Assembly: GCF_027921745.1 (NCBI RefSeq)
Contig: NC_079239.1
Coordinates: 2,046,001-2,110,000 of the forward strand
Length of the DNA stretch: 64,000 nucleotides
DNA from: Schizosaccharomyces osmophilus
Lineage: Eukaryota
Direction of reading: 5' to 3'
Under the pieces are notes generated by a model, which was given only the letters and a program-made list of their open reading frames with translations, was not told the DNA's origin and made no database searches. The number at the start of each line of letters is the position of its first letter. Position 1 is the first letter of the stretch. Below, one piece after another: positions 37,632-48,295 of the stretch. The translations under genes were made by a program, and so were the position numbers.

Positions 37632-38591
37632 TTACCGATTCCTTTGATCAAACTCACGAGCAAGGTTTACATCCTTAGCAAACTGATTCCAAAGTTCTTG
37701 CTTCCGAGCGCTAGTGTATCCAGCAGCCCGTCCACTTGAGCTAATAGCCACAAATACACGAGAACCTCCAAAGGTCTCACTTTGCCAACCAAATTGAAAT
37801 TCTTTTGGAAGCCGCTTGTTTCCAGTGGTAGCCTTGTACATCTCCTCCCAAATCCCTTTTCCGGATATGAAGAGGCCAACTCTTGGACGAAATTGACGAA
37901 CCTTTTCTTCCAATATTAAAGCACCCTCGCGGAATTCTTCCTTGCTTAAATCTGCACCGCTAGCTGATGGTCGAGCACATATGTTTGTAATTCCTAAACC
38001 ATGGGCTGGAAGATCTTGATCGTTCTCGTACGTAAATTCGATACCTTCTTCTAAAATACCGCTCTTGTTCATCATCTTCCAAAAGGAATTGCTCGGTGAA
38101 GCATACGCATGTCCTCGTAAAGAAGAAGTTAACCCAGGATTCAGGCCAACTAGAATAGCATAAGGATTTTCACATATATGATCGGGGACACCAGGCAAAT
38201 TCTGGGGCAAAGTATCCTTTTGAACTTTTTTTGTATTCTTTCTGGTTGCCCCCTTCGTATGAGATTCTTTATCTAATTCCAAAGCATTCCGATCACACTT
38301 TCCCTTCTTCACTTGAAAAGTGGATTTTTGTAATTCATTCTTTTCGTCATTTGAAAGATCGGCATTGAGTTCCTCACACACATTTTCTTTTAGTTTTGAT
38401 CCTTCAGGTACAGCGCTTTCTATAGGGTATCGAAACTTTTTCAAAGATTCTGCAAACGTCGATGTATTTGAACGCTTCCTCAGTTTTCTGATATTCGACT
38501 CTTCTATGCTGCCAGTTTCCACAGAATCATATCCTTCTCTTGATATCAATAGCTCTTTTTCATTATTTACTACTTCTTGATCTACTTTCAT
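37632..38591 (-). CDS. thp1: TDG/MUG-family uracil/thymine DNA glycosylase Thp1
   Basis: Catalytic GLNPG motif, GHAYASPSNSFW, GLGITNICARP and SSSGRA. First ATG at 38591. Confidence 0.92.
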   Translation of the reverse strand: MKVDQEVVNNEKELLISREGYDSVETGSIEESNIRKLRKRSNTSTFAESLKKFRYPIESAVPEGSKLKENVCEELNADLSNDEKNELQKSTFQVKKGKCDRNALELDKESHTKGATRKNTKKVQKDTLPQNLPGVPDHICENPYAILVGLNPGLTSSLRGHAYASPSNSFWKMMNKSGILEEGIEFTYENDQDLPAHGLGITNICARPSASGADLSKEEFREGALILEEKVRQFRPRVGLFISGKGIWEEMYKATTGNKRLPKEFQFGWQSETFGGSRVFVAISSSGRAAGYTSARKQELWNQFAKDVNLAREFDQRNR

Positions 38592-39094
38592 GGGAATTGC
38601 AGTCAAAACATTGTTCACGAAAACTACAAATTTACTATTATAAATATATTATCATATGGAGTATACATATAATCCGAATGCATATGTCAACAATTGGCAA
38701 AAACGGTGGTAAATGGTCGTTTTTGGTGTCTAAATCCAGTTAAAAATTCATTTTTCTTTTACATCAGGAGTTTCAAGAAAGAGGATCTTAAATAATTTCA
38801 AGAAAAGCCGTTTTATTAAGTAGATGGGTGATGGCATAAATGAACAGTTGTACATAACAAAAACGTAAAATAAAAGGTGTTACAAGGTAAAGAGCGTAGA
38901 TGAATCCAGCGTAACTAATTGAACAAACCCAATTTTTTTTTTAAAAAAAAAACCAGTATCAGAAAACATCAAGTGCATGATATTTATCCAATAGCCATGC
39001 ATTCAAACAACAAAGTACTTCACTGAAGGATCTCTTCGGTGATTTCTAATTTTTTCTGTAAAGCATTTTCCAAAAATAGATATATGAAGGTATC

Positions 39095-41053
39095 CTATCC
39101 CTTCAACTTCAGTTCCTTCAATTTGTACTGGTAAGCACCGGGTAGCATTGACATGATTTCAATAGTGCGTTCGTTAGGATGAATCTTGGAACGTTGAAAT
39201 TCACAATAAGCACGAACTACTCGATCGTAAAGCTTTAATTGTAGTAAGGATAAGAGCCACCAATTCCATGTGTGTATAGTAAACCCATTTCTTTTCCGCG
39301 ACAGGATATGTATTACTTGAAGCGCATGAGGAAAATCACCTATAGAAACGAAATACGAAAGCAGAACACTATAAAATTCAGTTCTCTGTTCCAAATATAT
39401 TTTTCTTCTTAGCTTCAACAAACAAAAGGACTGAATCACTAATTCGTGACTCGTATATGGCAACTTCAGCACACCATTGAATAACACATGGTAGGATTTA
39501 CAATGAAACGGCACCCTTTTCTCTGAATATGAGAGAGCTGCTGCCAGTATTTTGTAAACTTCCGTTGCATTGTTCAGCATATAACAAATGGCTACTGCCA
39601 ATGCTGTACTAGCCGTGGGAGAAGCATCTAAGGACTTCGGGCGAATATCTAATACATACCGTGAAGGTTTGCGAGCCATCTTTAATATTTTCTGGTTCTT
39701 CAACAACAATAATGTATCACCAGAATAATAAGTGTGAAAAATGGACAGCACTTCATGAAATTGTCGAGCACCAGTAAGTGCTTTTAGTAACTGAGCTACA
39801 ATAACTTCCATCAGATACTTTTGGGGTATTTTTGTAAAAAAGAAGATTGCCTTCTGGAATTCTTTTTCTTTTAGAAAAGAATGCATGCAAAACTTGTAAA
39901 TGTACGGTAAGTACATTTCATAATGTTTTGCAAAATTGCTAGTCCAATATTTTATTGTGAGATGGATGGAGAGCGGGTCAACAGTTCTAGCAAAGCAGTT
40001 GTTAAACGCTGACAAAACGCGGTGGTCGTAGAGATACTGAGTATGATCACGGGCATTAAGTAGGTTCTGCATCTTTTTTATAAGTCCGTGTTTTGAATAT
40101 AACTGGATAATAGAAACAAAAGAGTGCTTTGGTAATGGACCCACGCCAGCGTCGATCCATAATCTGCTTAATTGATTTGCCCAAAAGGTTTCATTACTAG
40201 AAGCCGCCATTTGAGAAAGAAAGTCAAAAACATGTTTAAGTTGTAAATCATAGGGAAAAGAAATTGGAACCATGTGTGTAGAATCTAGTTTCTTGGGAAA
40301 AATGGCTTTTTTTAATGTGTACAGCGTCTCCTGCGGAATCGGTAAATTCGGATGCTGCAAATGATAAAGCATCAAAGACTTGAAGTATAGTAATTTCAAA
40401 CTATTTGATAACGACGAGTGGCACCAGCAACTACTTTTCATTATTGAATACATGCAAGCTGTATGTGGTGGATCCGAGGCCGTAAAGTTCTCTAAAAAAC
40501 GATGTAAAATCATGTTAAGGAATTCATGTAAATTCTTCTCCCTGGCGATTTTTGTCCAAAGCCCGGTTACATAAGTCAAGGCCAAAGGACTGAGATTTTG
40601 GTAAACTCTGAAGCTTAATGTAGATGATTCTGTTATCAAGTCGGTCATGTATTTATAAACCCACTGTTGAAATTCTTTCTTTTCGTTTTTAGAAAATTGC
40701 CGCAGAGATGGGGCATGTAACACATAATAACTCAGAATTTCCATTTTTTGGACAAGCTCAGGCACATCCTCATGATTCGTTTTTTGGAAGAAAGGGTATT
40801 TTGAGAGGAAATGAGCAAGTCCGCTTGGCTCAAAGTGAGCTGAAGATCTAATATTCGTAGATTGTCCATCAGCTAGCGGTTTGGGAGTTTTTGTCAACAA
40901 AAGGTTGGGATGCATATCATTACTAGAAAATGGGAAAGGTGTGCTATGCCAATACTTGCTGTTAAGGTGGTATCTCCAAGAAACTGATACAGCTTGCTGG
41001 GAACGTACATGCCGAAACCATGCAGAAAGTACGGATGTTTGGTACCTTTGCAT
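39095..41053 (-). CDS. ppr7: Mitochondrial PPR-repeat protein (Ppr7-like)
   Basis: Long helical ORF with a presequence-like N-terminus and PPR-like units near the C-terminus (HTWNWWLLSLLQ...IHPNERT). Its position matches S. pombe synteny as recalled. Confidence 0.7.
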   Translation of the reverse strand: MQRYQTSVLSAWFRHVRSQQAVSVSWRYHLNSKYWHSTPFPFSSNDMHPNLLLTKTPKPLADGQSTNIRSSAHFEPSGLAHFLSKYPFFQKTNHEDVPELVQKMEILSYYVLHAPSLRQFSKNEKKEFQQWVYKYMTDLITESSTLSFRVYQNLSPLALTYVTGLWTKIAREKNLHEFLNMILHRFLENFTASDPPHTACMYSIMKSSCWCHSSLSNSLKLLYFKSLMLYHLQHPNLPIPQETLYTLKKAIFPKKLDSTHMVPISFPYDLQLKHVFDFLSQMAASSNETFWANQLSRLWIDAGVGPLPKHSFVSIIQLYSKHGLIKKMQNLLNARDHTQYLYDHRVLSAFNNCFARTVDPLSIHLTIKYWTSNFAKHYEMYLPYIYKFCMHSFLKEKEFQKAIFFFTKIPQKYLMEVIVAQLLKALTGARQFHEVLSIFHTYYSGDTLLLLKNQKILKMARKPSRYVLDIRPKSLDASPTASTALAVAICYMLNNATEVYKILAAALSYSEKRVPFHCKSYHVLFNGVLKLPYTSHELVIQSFCLLKLRRKIYLEQRTEFYSVLLSYFVSIGDFPHALQVIHILSRKRNGFTIHTWNWWLLSLLQLKLYDRVVRAYCEFQRSKIHPNERTIEIMSMLPGAYQYKLKELKLKG

Positions 41054-42486
41054 TTCTTTTTGAGGAACCCAGTATATCACTATCCCCAGGAATGGGGGGT
41101 TTTATGAGATGTGTGTTCCTATAGCAGAAGTTTGACTTGTGAAGCTAAAACACGACTAATAAAATTAAGAGAGGGGTATAGAATTTTATATCTGGAGAAA
41201 ATCAATGTCGAAATCCGCCGAAAGCGCTTTGCTTTTTTCTCATGAGTATTAATGACACGAACATTCAAATTCCACTGTAAAAAATTGACAATTTATCTCA
41301 TTCATGTCATTAACCCAGTAATGTCCCTAAAAAAGTATATTATATAAGGGATTAATGACTTTTTAAAAGGACTCTGGTTTCTGGTGTTAGGAAAGGATAA
41401 CTCCATCAGAGACCTGTGCTTTCCTATACAGGTAACATTGTTTTTTCATTTGTTTATATCCTTTTTAGCAAAAAGATCACCATTTGGGAACATTTTTTAT
41501 TCTTTTTATATAATTAAATAGATCAAGCTCTTCTCCTTCTTTCTTCTTACAGGAGTACTGGAACCTTGGTAAAGATGCCGAATTCGCAAATTGAAAGCAC
41601 TTGAATTCAGTCAATTTAAAGAGTCTTTCGACTATGGTCTATTTTATTGTTTCTTTTCCATCTAATCTATTAAAACGATAATTTCTGCGTCTCAGGGCAT
41701 GAAGGTATGGGCAAATTGATCGTTACCGGCATTCTCATGTCCTAACTGAATGCCTGAGGAAAGGACTTTGGAAGTTCTGCTATTGCTCTCCGCTCTCTTT
41801 CTTTTGTTTTTTGGTGATTTGGCATAGTTTGGCATCGCAGCGTCTAGTCACGGGTTAAGCTGAGTAGTTCATAAAACTGCTTCGGCATTTCGCCTTTCAA
41901 TACTGTGGAGCGATAATACTCAATAAATGATTTACTCTAAGTTTTTTGCTTCACTTTTATCTCAAAGCTGTCATTTTTCCTCGTACTGAATAAAAGAGGC
42001 GATGATGAGAAGCGCACCTATTCGTATGTTCTTATGATTGAGCATCTCGCGATTGGGAAAACTAGGCAATGTCTAAATTTCAAATCCAATACAGCGTCCG
42101 ACATACGAAAACAAAGCAGGCATTGCGATAAAATGATTTCTGCCGTTCAAAATTCCTATTTGGCCTTTGTTGTTTATCGAAGCAAAATTGAGTAACACCG
42201 TCACTCGACTACCCATCAACTTCATTCCTGGAATTCACTACCGCTATTTCATAAAGAAAACATTTGTTTTCTTAAAATCATTTTTAATCATCTTTTTGCT
42301 CGCATTATATTCACTGGTGTCAGTTGATGGTTTTCATCCAAATATCTCTACAAAAAGATTGATTCCATGTCTTTTGCTTAAAAACGGGTCCTTCTTGTTG
42401 ACATAGTGTTTGTGCATCTGTTTTGTTTTCTTTAATATTTTATCCCCAAAAATTTCTTTGTATTCTCCTTTCTTTTTGTTAGCAGC

Positions 42487-43161
42487 ATGTCAAAGCATCA
42501 AGCAAACTCCATTCTCCGCAACTTTGCAGCACAAGTGAAAAAACCATGGGTGGGAATGCCTTCTTGGTATAGTGCCGTCGCTAAGTATCCTCCGGCTAGT
42601 CAGTACTTGAAGCGAATTACTCCTCTTTACTCATCAAAAGTTCAAAATGTTAAGAATGGCAATAAGGAAATGTATCACCCACAATCCATCCAGTGGCCTG
42701 AAGACAAACTTCGCAAAAAATTCTATCAAGACCATCCTTGGGAATTGGCTCGACCTCAAATTATTGCTGAAAATGATGGCAATGACCATCTCTACTGTGA
42801 TTGGAGTCAATTAGATCAACCCAGAAAAGCGCTTTCGGGTGAAAACGTCGTTCAGCGAACATTGTGGTTAACTCAAAATAAAAAGATGGACGTACAGAGT
42901 GCTTATGATGAAGCTAGACAAGAGTTTTACAAATTGAGAGCCAAGCAGGAGATTCAACAACGTATAGCTCATGATCAAGCACAAGCATTGGGTGCTGCCT
43001 TTACAAAATCAGATCTTGAACTCGGTCATGAACTTGATCAAGCAGTTCTTAACGACTGGTTTGAAAAAGCTTCTCAACGTTCTGAAGTTTTCCGATCAAA
43101 AAATACGGATCCTGTCATTGATGTTTCATCCAGCTCACCGGATGTACAGTCTAAACCATGA
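42487..43161 (+). CDS. rsm25: Mitochondrial ribosomal small-subunit protein mS23/Rsm25
   Basis: Motifs PSWYSAVAKYPP, EDKLRKKFYQDHPWELARP, LSGENVVQRTLWL and AYDEARQEFYKLR. Confidence 0.92.
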   Translation: MSKHQANSILRNFAAQVKKPWVGMPSWYSAVAKYPPASQYLKRITPLYSSKVQNVKNGNKEMYHPQSIQWPEDKLRKKFYQDHPWELARPQIIAENDGNDHLYCDWSQLDQPRKALSGENVVQRTLWLTQNKKMDVQSAYDEARQEFYKLRAKQEIQQRIAHDQAQALGAAFTKSDLELGHELDQAVLNDWFEKASQRSEVFRSKNTDPVIDVSSSSPDVQSKP

Positions 43162-43604
43162 TAAGTTGTTTAAAATATATTATCCCTGCTAATAACCATT
43201 TAATTATGACTCACTGATTGCAATCTATTCTAAAATATATCCTCGTCGTAAAATAAATCAAGAAGTCGCTTCTTTTAAGTTATATGACTCACAAATGTAA
43301 TGAACATGAATAAGGTTGCAAACTGTCAAGGATTACATCGCATTGCCAAAATTATATAGATAGACTGCGCAATTTCCAAAGTCACATTACTAAACAAGTA
43401 ACTTGCCTAGATTACTGTTGTTGGATTTGCTCCTTAGTAGCCATTAAGATTATGTATACAAAAAATGAAGAGATCTTTTTTTGTTCTTTAAGTAGCCTCA
43501 AGTCGCGGAATGACTTACTGCATCCTTACAGGTCAGCCAAGAGTAAAGTCGAAAATTGAAATCATAATTTTCATTTGCGTGATGTATATGATAGAAACCA
43601 TTTA

Positions 43605-45009
43605 TTACCTCCTTTTAGGACGTGGTTTCATTTCTTCGGGAGGGACAGGATGTAACATTATTTTGTTAGGATGTTGAGGGGTATGGAATGAATAGCCCTT
43701 GCTCCAGTCATAGCTGACGGCGTAGGCAAAGATATCACCAGTACGATTAAATGCGGTGCAAGCAATTGGACCACCAACATTAGGATAACTCTTTAAGCGT
43801 TGATGGCTGTCCTTGTCCCAAAAGCTAAAGGTACCATCTGATCCAGCTGTAGAAAATGTTCCGTATTGGGGGTGGAAAGCTAAAGAATTCACGCTATATA
43901 CATCGGATGTTCCCGTTCCTTGTGTACGGTGGCATCTAAAACTAAAGTTATCTTTCTGAATCTTCTCGTCCAGGTTTTGAATTGCACATCTTCCTTCCAC
44001 ACTACCAATAGCATAACCATCTGCTTTGGCAAAGCATGCGATACTTCGAGTTTGAAACTTCAAGGGACTCATAGCAACCTTAAATATTTTTGTAGGTTCA
44101 GAAAGATTCACGACGCACACATTGCGCTCAGCGGTACCTATAACAAGCAAAGGATGGACAGAATCCATGGTATAGACTCGCTCAGGTAGATTGACGGTAG
44201 CAATAGGAGCTGGTTGACGAAGATCCCAATACTTGAGAGTTTTATCCCAGGAACCCGTAGCCAAAATAGGGGTACTGCCGATGCTTTCGACGAAACGGAC
44301 ACATCGAATAGAATCGTCATGAGCAGCAACCTGTTGATTTTGACCAGTTTGAATATCAAAAACCTTTGCTGACTTATCGGTACTACCAGAAGCCAATTTT
44401 GTTCCGTCACGCGACCAATGAACACTCAAAACGGGGCCTTGATGGTCATATAAGGCTTTTCCAACAGACTGCCCAGTCGATTGGACCTCATAAATGCGGA
44501 CTTTACTATCCCTACTTGGTGTTAGAATGAAACTTTAGCTATAAACATTGCGAATATATTTGGAAAATGAGTGAAAGCACATAAAACCATCATAAACCAC
44601 TGTAACACCTATTATAACGTGGTTATAAATAAAAATCACCAATTAATAAAATATTAACACGGTAGAAGGCATTGAAACCTTTAGGTTATAATTTACCAAG
44701 ATCGTGTACAGTATATAGTCATGATGATATTTGTCTTTCCATACTGCATCTCTTCCTTAGACGAATAGGATAAAAGCAGCACACTGACATATATTAAAGA
44801 ATAATTATACATACCAAGAAGAAGCAGCTAAATAATCGGCATGAGGTGAGAACGCCAAGTCTGATATCGAGTCTTCTGGGGGTTGTGGAACCTTTGTTCG
44901 TAAGCGATTTTTGATTCTACTTTGGATTTAAACATACCTCGACATCTGATTTTAAGTCTCCTGTTGCAGAAGAAACCGTTGTTGTAGCAGCTTGACCAAA
45001 AAGCGACAT
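43605..45009 (-). CDS. rae1: mRNA export factor Rae1/Gle2 (WD40); introns 44892-44937 and 44512-44814
   Basis: Spliced N-terminus MSLFGQ...DVEVPQPPEDSISDLAFSP...SSWDSKVRIYEV; GSVEGRC, FSFRCHR and YAVSYDWSKG. Confidence 0.96.
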
Positions 45010-45284
45010 TTTATGATTTTGGCGGTTGGCAGAGTGTCTTCGTCGACCTGTTTCACCAACATATGAGAAATGTTTTAAACCGTGCCAAAGAAAACAGAAC
45101 TTTCCTTTGGTTTTATTTGAAGTTTACAAAATTTTTTTCCAAAACTTTTTATTGCCATTCAGAATACTCAGCTGCTAAGAAAGCATCTTTGGCAGCATAG
45201 ACCAGATTCTACTTATTTATAGAAAGTTGATTCTTACTTTTTTGTGTTCCTTAAGTTTATATTTTTTGATTGAAATACAACTTA

Positions 45285-46638
45285 ATGAGCCTAAAATGGA
45301 TTCCTGCGAGTTCCGGAGGAGATGAAACGCCAGACACGATCGCACAATGTGTCTTGGAAGCTTACAAACGTTTACCAGCGCATGGAAAACCGATTGTAAG
45401 GGCAAATGGAGTCCATGAATGGACAACTTTAGCTGGTGTTGTCCTGGAAGATACGAACGAAAGAAAATTCACTTGTATTGACTTATCGTATGTGAGTTAC
45501 AAAATTAAACATTACTGACATTTTCCTAGAACTGGTGTGAAATGGTATACCTAAACTCCAAAAGGTTTCCGGAGAGTAGCACTATCCGGAAACTGTAAAA
45601 ATCTCAGAAACATGCACTAACTACAATTTGCATCAGTATACCAATCTCCAAAATTGAGCCATACCAATTTGGTAGCATTCTACATGACTGCCACGCTGAG
45701 ATATTGGCATTACGATGCTTTAATCGGTATGAATTGGCTTTGTTATATCGTGCTAACATTTTGTTCATCAAAGGGTTTTATTAGAACATTGTAAATTGTA
45801 CAACGATGAACCAAGTAGAGCATGGCTCCTTGAAAAAAAAAACGAGGGGAAATTACGTTTACGTCGAAATTTAAAGCTCCATCTATATGTTTCAGAATGT
45901 CCCTGTGGTGATGCAAGTATGGAGCTATTAGCAAGCAGCTTAGAAAACAGTGAGCCTTGGAACCTGGCTTCATTAGCAGATCAGCCCATGCGCGGCCGGT
46001 CTGACTTTGGCCAGCTAAGTATAGTACGAACAAAACCTGGCCGCGCTGATTCTTCTTTCAGTTGGAGCAAAAGCTGTTCAGACAAGCTTTCATCTAAACA
46101 GTTTTTATCCGTTTTGAATGCGCAAACAAGCTTGCTTATTGAACCAATATACTTATCTTCTTTAGTGCTTCCCGAAAACGTAATAGTTCATACCTCGATA
46201 GAAAGAGCATTTGGGCCTTCCGGTCGATGTGTGGGACTCTTGAATCAAATGTTTGGGAATTACAAATTTCAGTCATTTCAAGTGTTAGCGACGAAAAAAC
46301 GATATCCATTTTCGAAATTAGTAGAACCAGGTATCCGTACCGCGACCAGTACGAGCGTCGTAATATGGCTCGGAGACCAGTTGAATACAACTCAGGTTAT
46401 CCATAATGGTATTCTAGCTGGTAAAAAGGCAAAAGATACTGAGCGCTCGCAAAGTATGATTTCCAAAAAGGCTATGATGCGCATTTTGCAAGATGTTGAG
46501 CATGCTAGTTTGGAGATAAAAAATTATGAGAGTTGGAAACAAACAAATATTGACCGGGAAGGGGCTAAAATATTGGTTCGGAATGTTTTGAAACCTTGGA
46601 TTTGCAATGGAGGAGACGAGTTTGACTGGATTTCGTAA
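45285..46638 (+). CDS. tad1: tRNA A37 adenosine deaminase Tad1/ADAT1; introns 45488-45529, 45545-45636, 45727-45773
   Basis: Splicing restores STGVKC and LHDCHAEILALR; also PCGDASM, RTKPGRAD and SKSCSDKL (ADAR-type deaminase). Confidence 0.92.
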
Positions 46639-46925
46639 AGGTTCATTACAGACTAAGTATGCGCAAAATAAGCAGAATGTTCAGTACAATTTTTATTCTT
46701 TAAAGCACGTGAACAACAATTGTAAATTAGAAATCAACGAATACAATCGAAAGGTTGTGAAAAGAGCGTGAACATATTATATACAGATAGACCAAAAAGA
46801 ATAATTAAAATAGGGATACCATCGAAAAAAGACACACGTATGAAAAGTATATAGGGGTGAGAGGAATGACGAAAAAAAGACTTACAAACATTTTGATGTT
46901 AGGGAACAAGCCTCAAAAGATATAT

Positions 46926-48008
46926 TTACCTCAGCATTCCAAAGTCGGACAAATGTCTTTTTGGAGCATGCATTTGGACTGGTGTACTGTTGTAAAGGCT
47001 TTGATTTTTGTAAGATGCGTTTTCGAATGAGTTTTCGGGTGTGTTTGTAATAGAAATAGGTGTAGGAGGACCTGTAAAAGAATTGCTAGCTGGAGACTTT
47101 CTCGGGACTTTGTAAGCCTTCAAAGGAGTAGAATAGCTTTTAGAAAGAGACCGGGGACGAATCCTTTTGGGTGTGCGATCGTTAAGAAGGGACACGCTTC
47201 TGGTCAGTTTCCCATGGCGAGCCCAAAGCGAATGAGATGAAGATGATTTTGTAATAGGGTGATGAGGCATTTTCAAAGGAGATGGAGTCTGGTTATTAGC
47301 AACAAGATCATCCAAACCAGATGACTGAGGGGTAAAAAGATTGTGCATTTGAGCGTGCCTGGGGTTGGAGGGTGTTGACTTGGTAGGCGAGTCATCCGTG
47401 CAAAAGCTGTCTTCACAGAATTGAGGGGAGGGTGAACGAGTAAAAGGAATAGTTTTTTGTTTCCAAACGGAGGTGATACATGGTGTGTTTGGTAAATGAT
47501 GTAGCTTGGTTTTCATGACAATAGGCAAATCACGCAAAGGAGAATAAAGTTGGTTGACTTCAACTTTATACATGGCCAATTGTAGTCGCAATCGAAGATG
47601 TTCGGCGCATGTTTTTATATTATGGAGTTGTGCAGGACGTTCAGCAGATCTGCTTATGTTTTCTTCGGTCTCGACGTCTTGGTCCGTATCTGCCTCGTGG
47701 GTAAAGAAAGGACGTTTTCTAGAGGGCACGGACTTTGTTTCTTCGCTTCCGTAATCTTTGAGTGCACATCGTGGACTCAAAGGAGATTTATGCTCTCCTA
47801 ATGGTAATATGCCCTTATGTGGCCGAAAGGTACTAGAGGAAACTGATCCTGGGGCTGCGTTTTCCTTGCCTGGGGCTGTTTGCAAAGGCGTGACGGGAAG
47901 GTTGGCTTGTATATCATCCTCTTGAACATTGATTTCTCCTAAAGCCGCTCGGTTTTCCCCATCTGGTTGCCTGCGCGATGGCGTCGAAGGCTTCAAGAAT
48001 GAGTCCAT
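46926..48008 (-). CDS. nrm1: MBF co-repressor Nrm1 (Whi5 family)
   Basis: Whi5/Nrm1 motif LRLRLQLAMYKV, many S/T-P sites and an MCB-rich promoter. Confidence 0.85.
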   Translation of the reverse strand: MDSFLKPSTPSRRQPDGENRAALGEINVQEDDIQANLPVTPLQTAPGKENAAPGSVSSSTFRPHKGILPLGEHKSPLSPRCALKDYGSEETKSVPSRKRPFFTHEADTDQDVETEENISRSAERPAQLHNIKTCAEHLRLRLQLAMYKVEVNQLYSPLRDLPIVMKTKLHHLPNTPCITSVWKQKTIPFTRSPSPQFCEDSFCTDDSPTKSTPSNPRHAQMHNLFTPQSSGLDDLVANNQTPSPLKMPHHPITKSSSSHSLWARHGKLTRSVSLLNDRTPKRIRPRSLSKSYSTPLKAYKVPRKSPASNSFTGPPTPISITNTPENSFENASYKNQSLYNSTPVQMHAPKRHLSDFGMLR

Positions 48009-48148
48009 TCTGATTTGGTCCCTCCTTTATTTAGCTAAGCAAAGACAATGTTAATAACCAAGGAAATCCCCTTTGATTCTGTTACGAAAAGTACACACAA
48101 TGCTGTTTCAACAAAATTCGCCCAAGATACAACGTTGAGAGTGTTCAG

Positions 48149-48295
48149 TTTATATATGAAGACGCAACGCGTCGCGCTTTAAGCGCGCTGCTCTTAGATT
48201 TGGCGTTCCGTGCGCGCGAGGCGACTGGTGAATGTTACCTATACACGAGGAACAAGTAGGTTTTCACAGCGCGCGCGTTTTCTGACGCGTAAACA
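48149..48295 (-). promoter_or_regulatory. nrm1 promoter: TATA, MCB cluster and forkhead site
   Basis: ATATATAAA (minus strand) at 48149-48157; ACGCGT at 48167-48172 and 48285-48290; further CGCG runs near 48173, 48184, 48213 and 48270; GTAAACA at 48289-48295. Confidence 0.8.

Noticed and set aside
38933..38952. T-run followed directly by an A-run (palindrome)
   Set aside because: This is simple low-complexity sequence in a terminator/promoter gap.
42001..42120. Box C-like GATGATGA in the ppr7-rsm25 gap
   Set aside because: There is no box D (CTGA) or terminal stem at a suitable distance.
44721..44787. Plus-strand ATGATGA...CTGA resembling a C/D snoRNA
   Set aside because: It is antisense to the host intron with no rRNA guide that I could recognise. 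The G-U pairing pattern favours structure on the minus strand.
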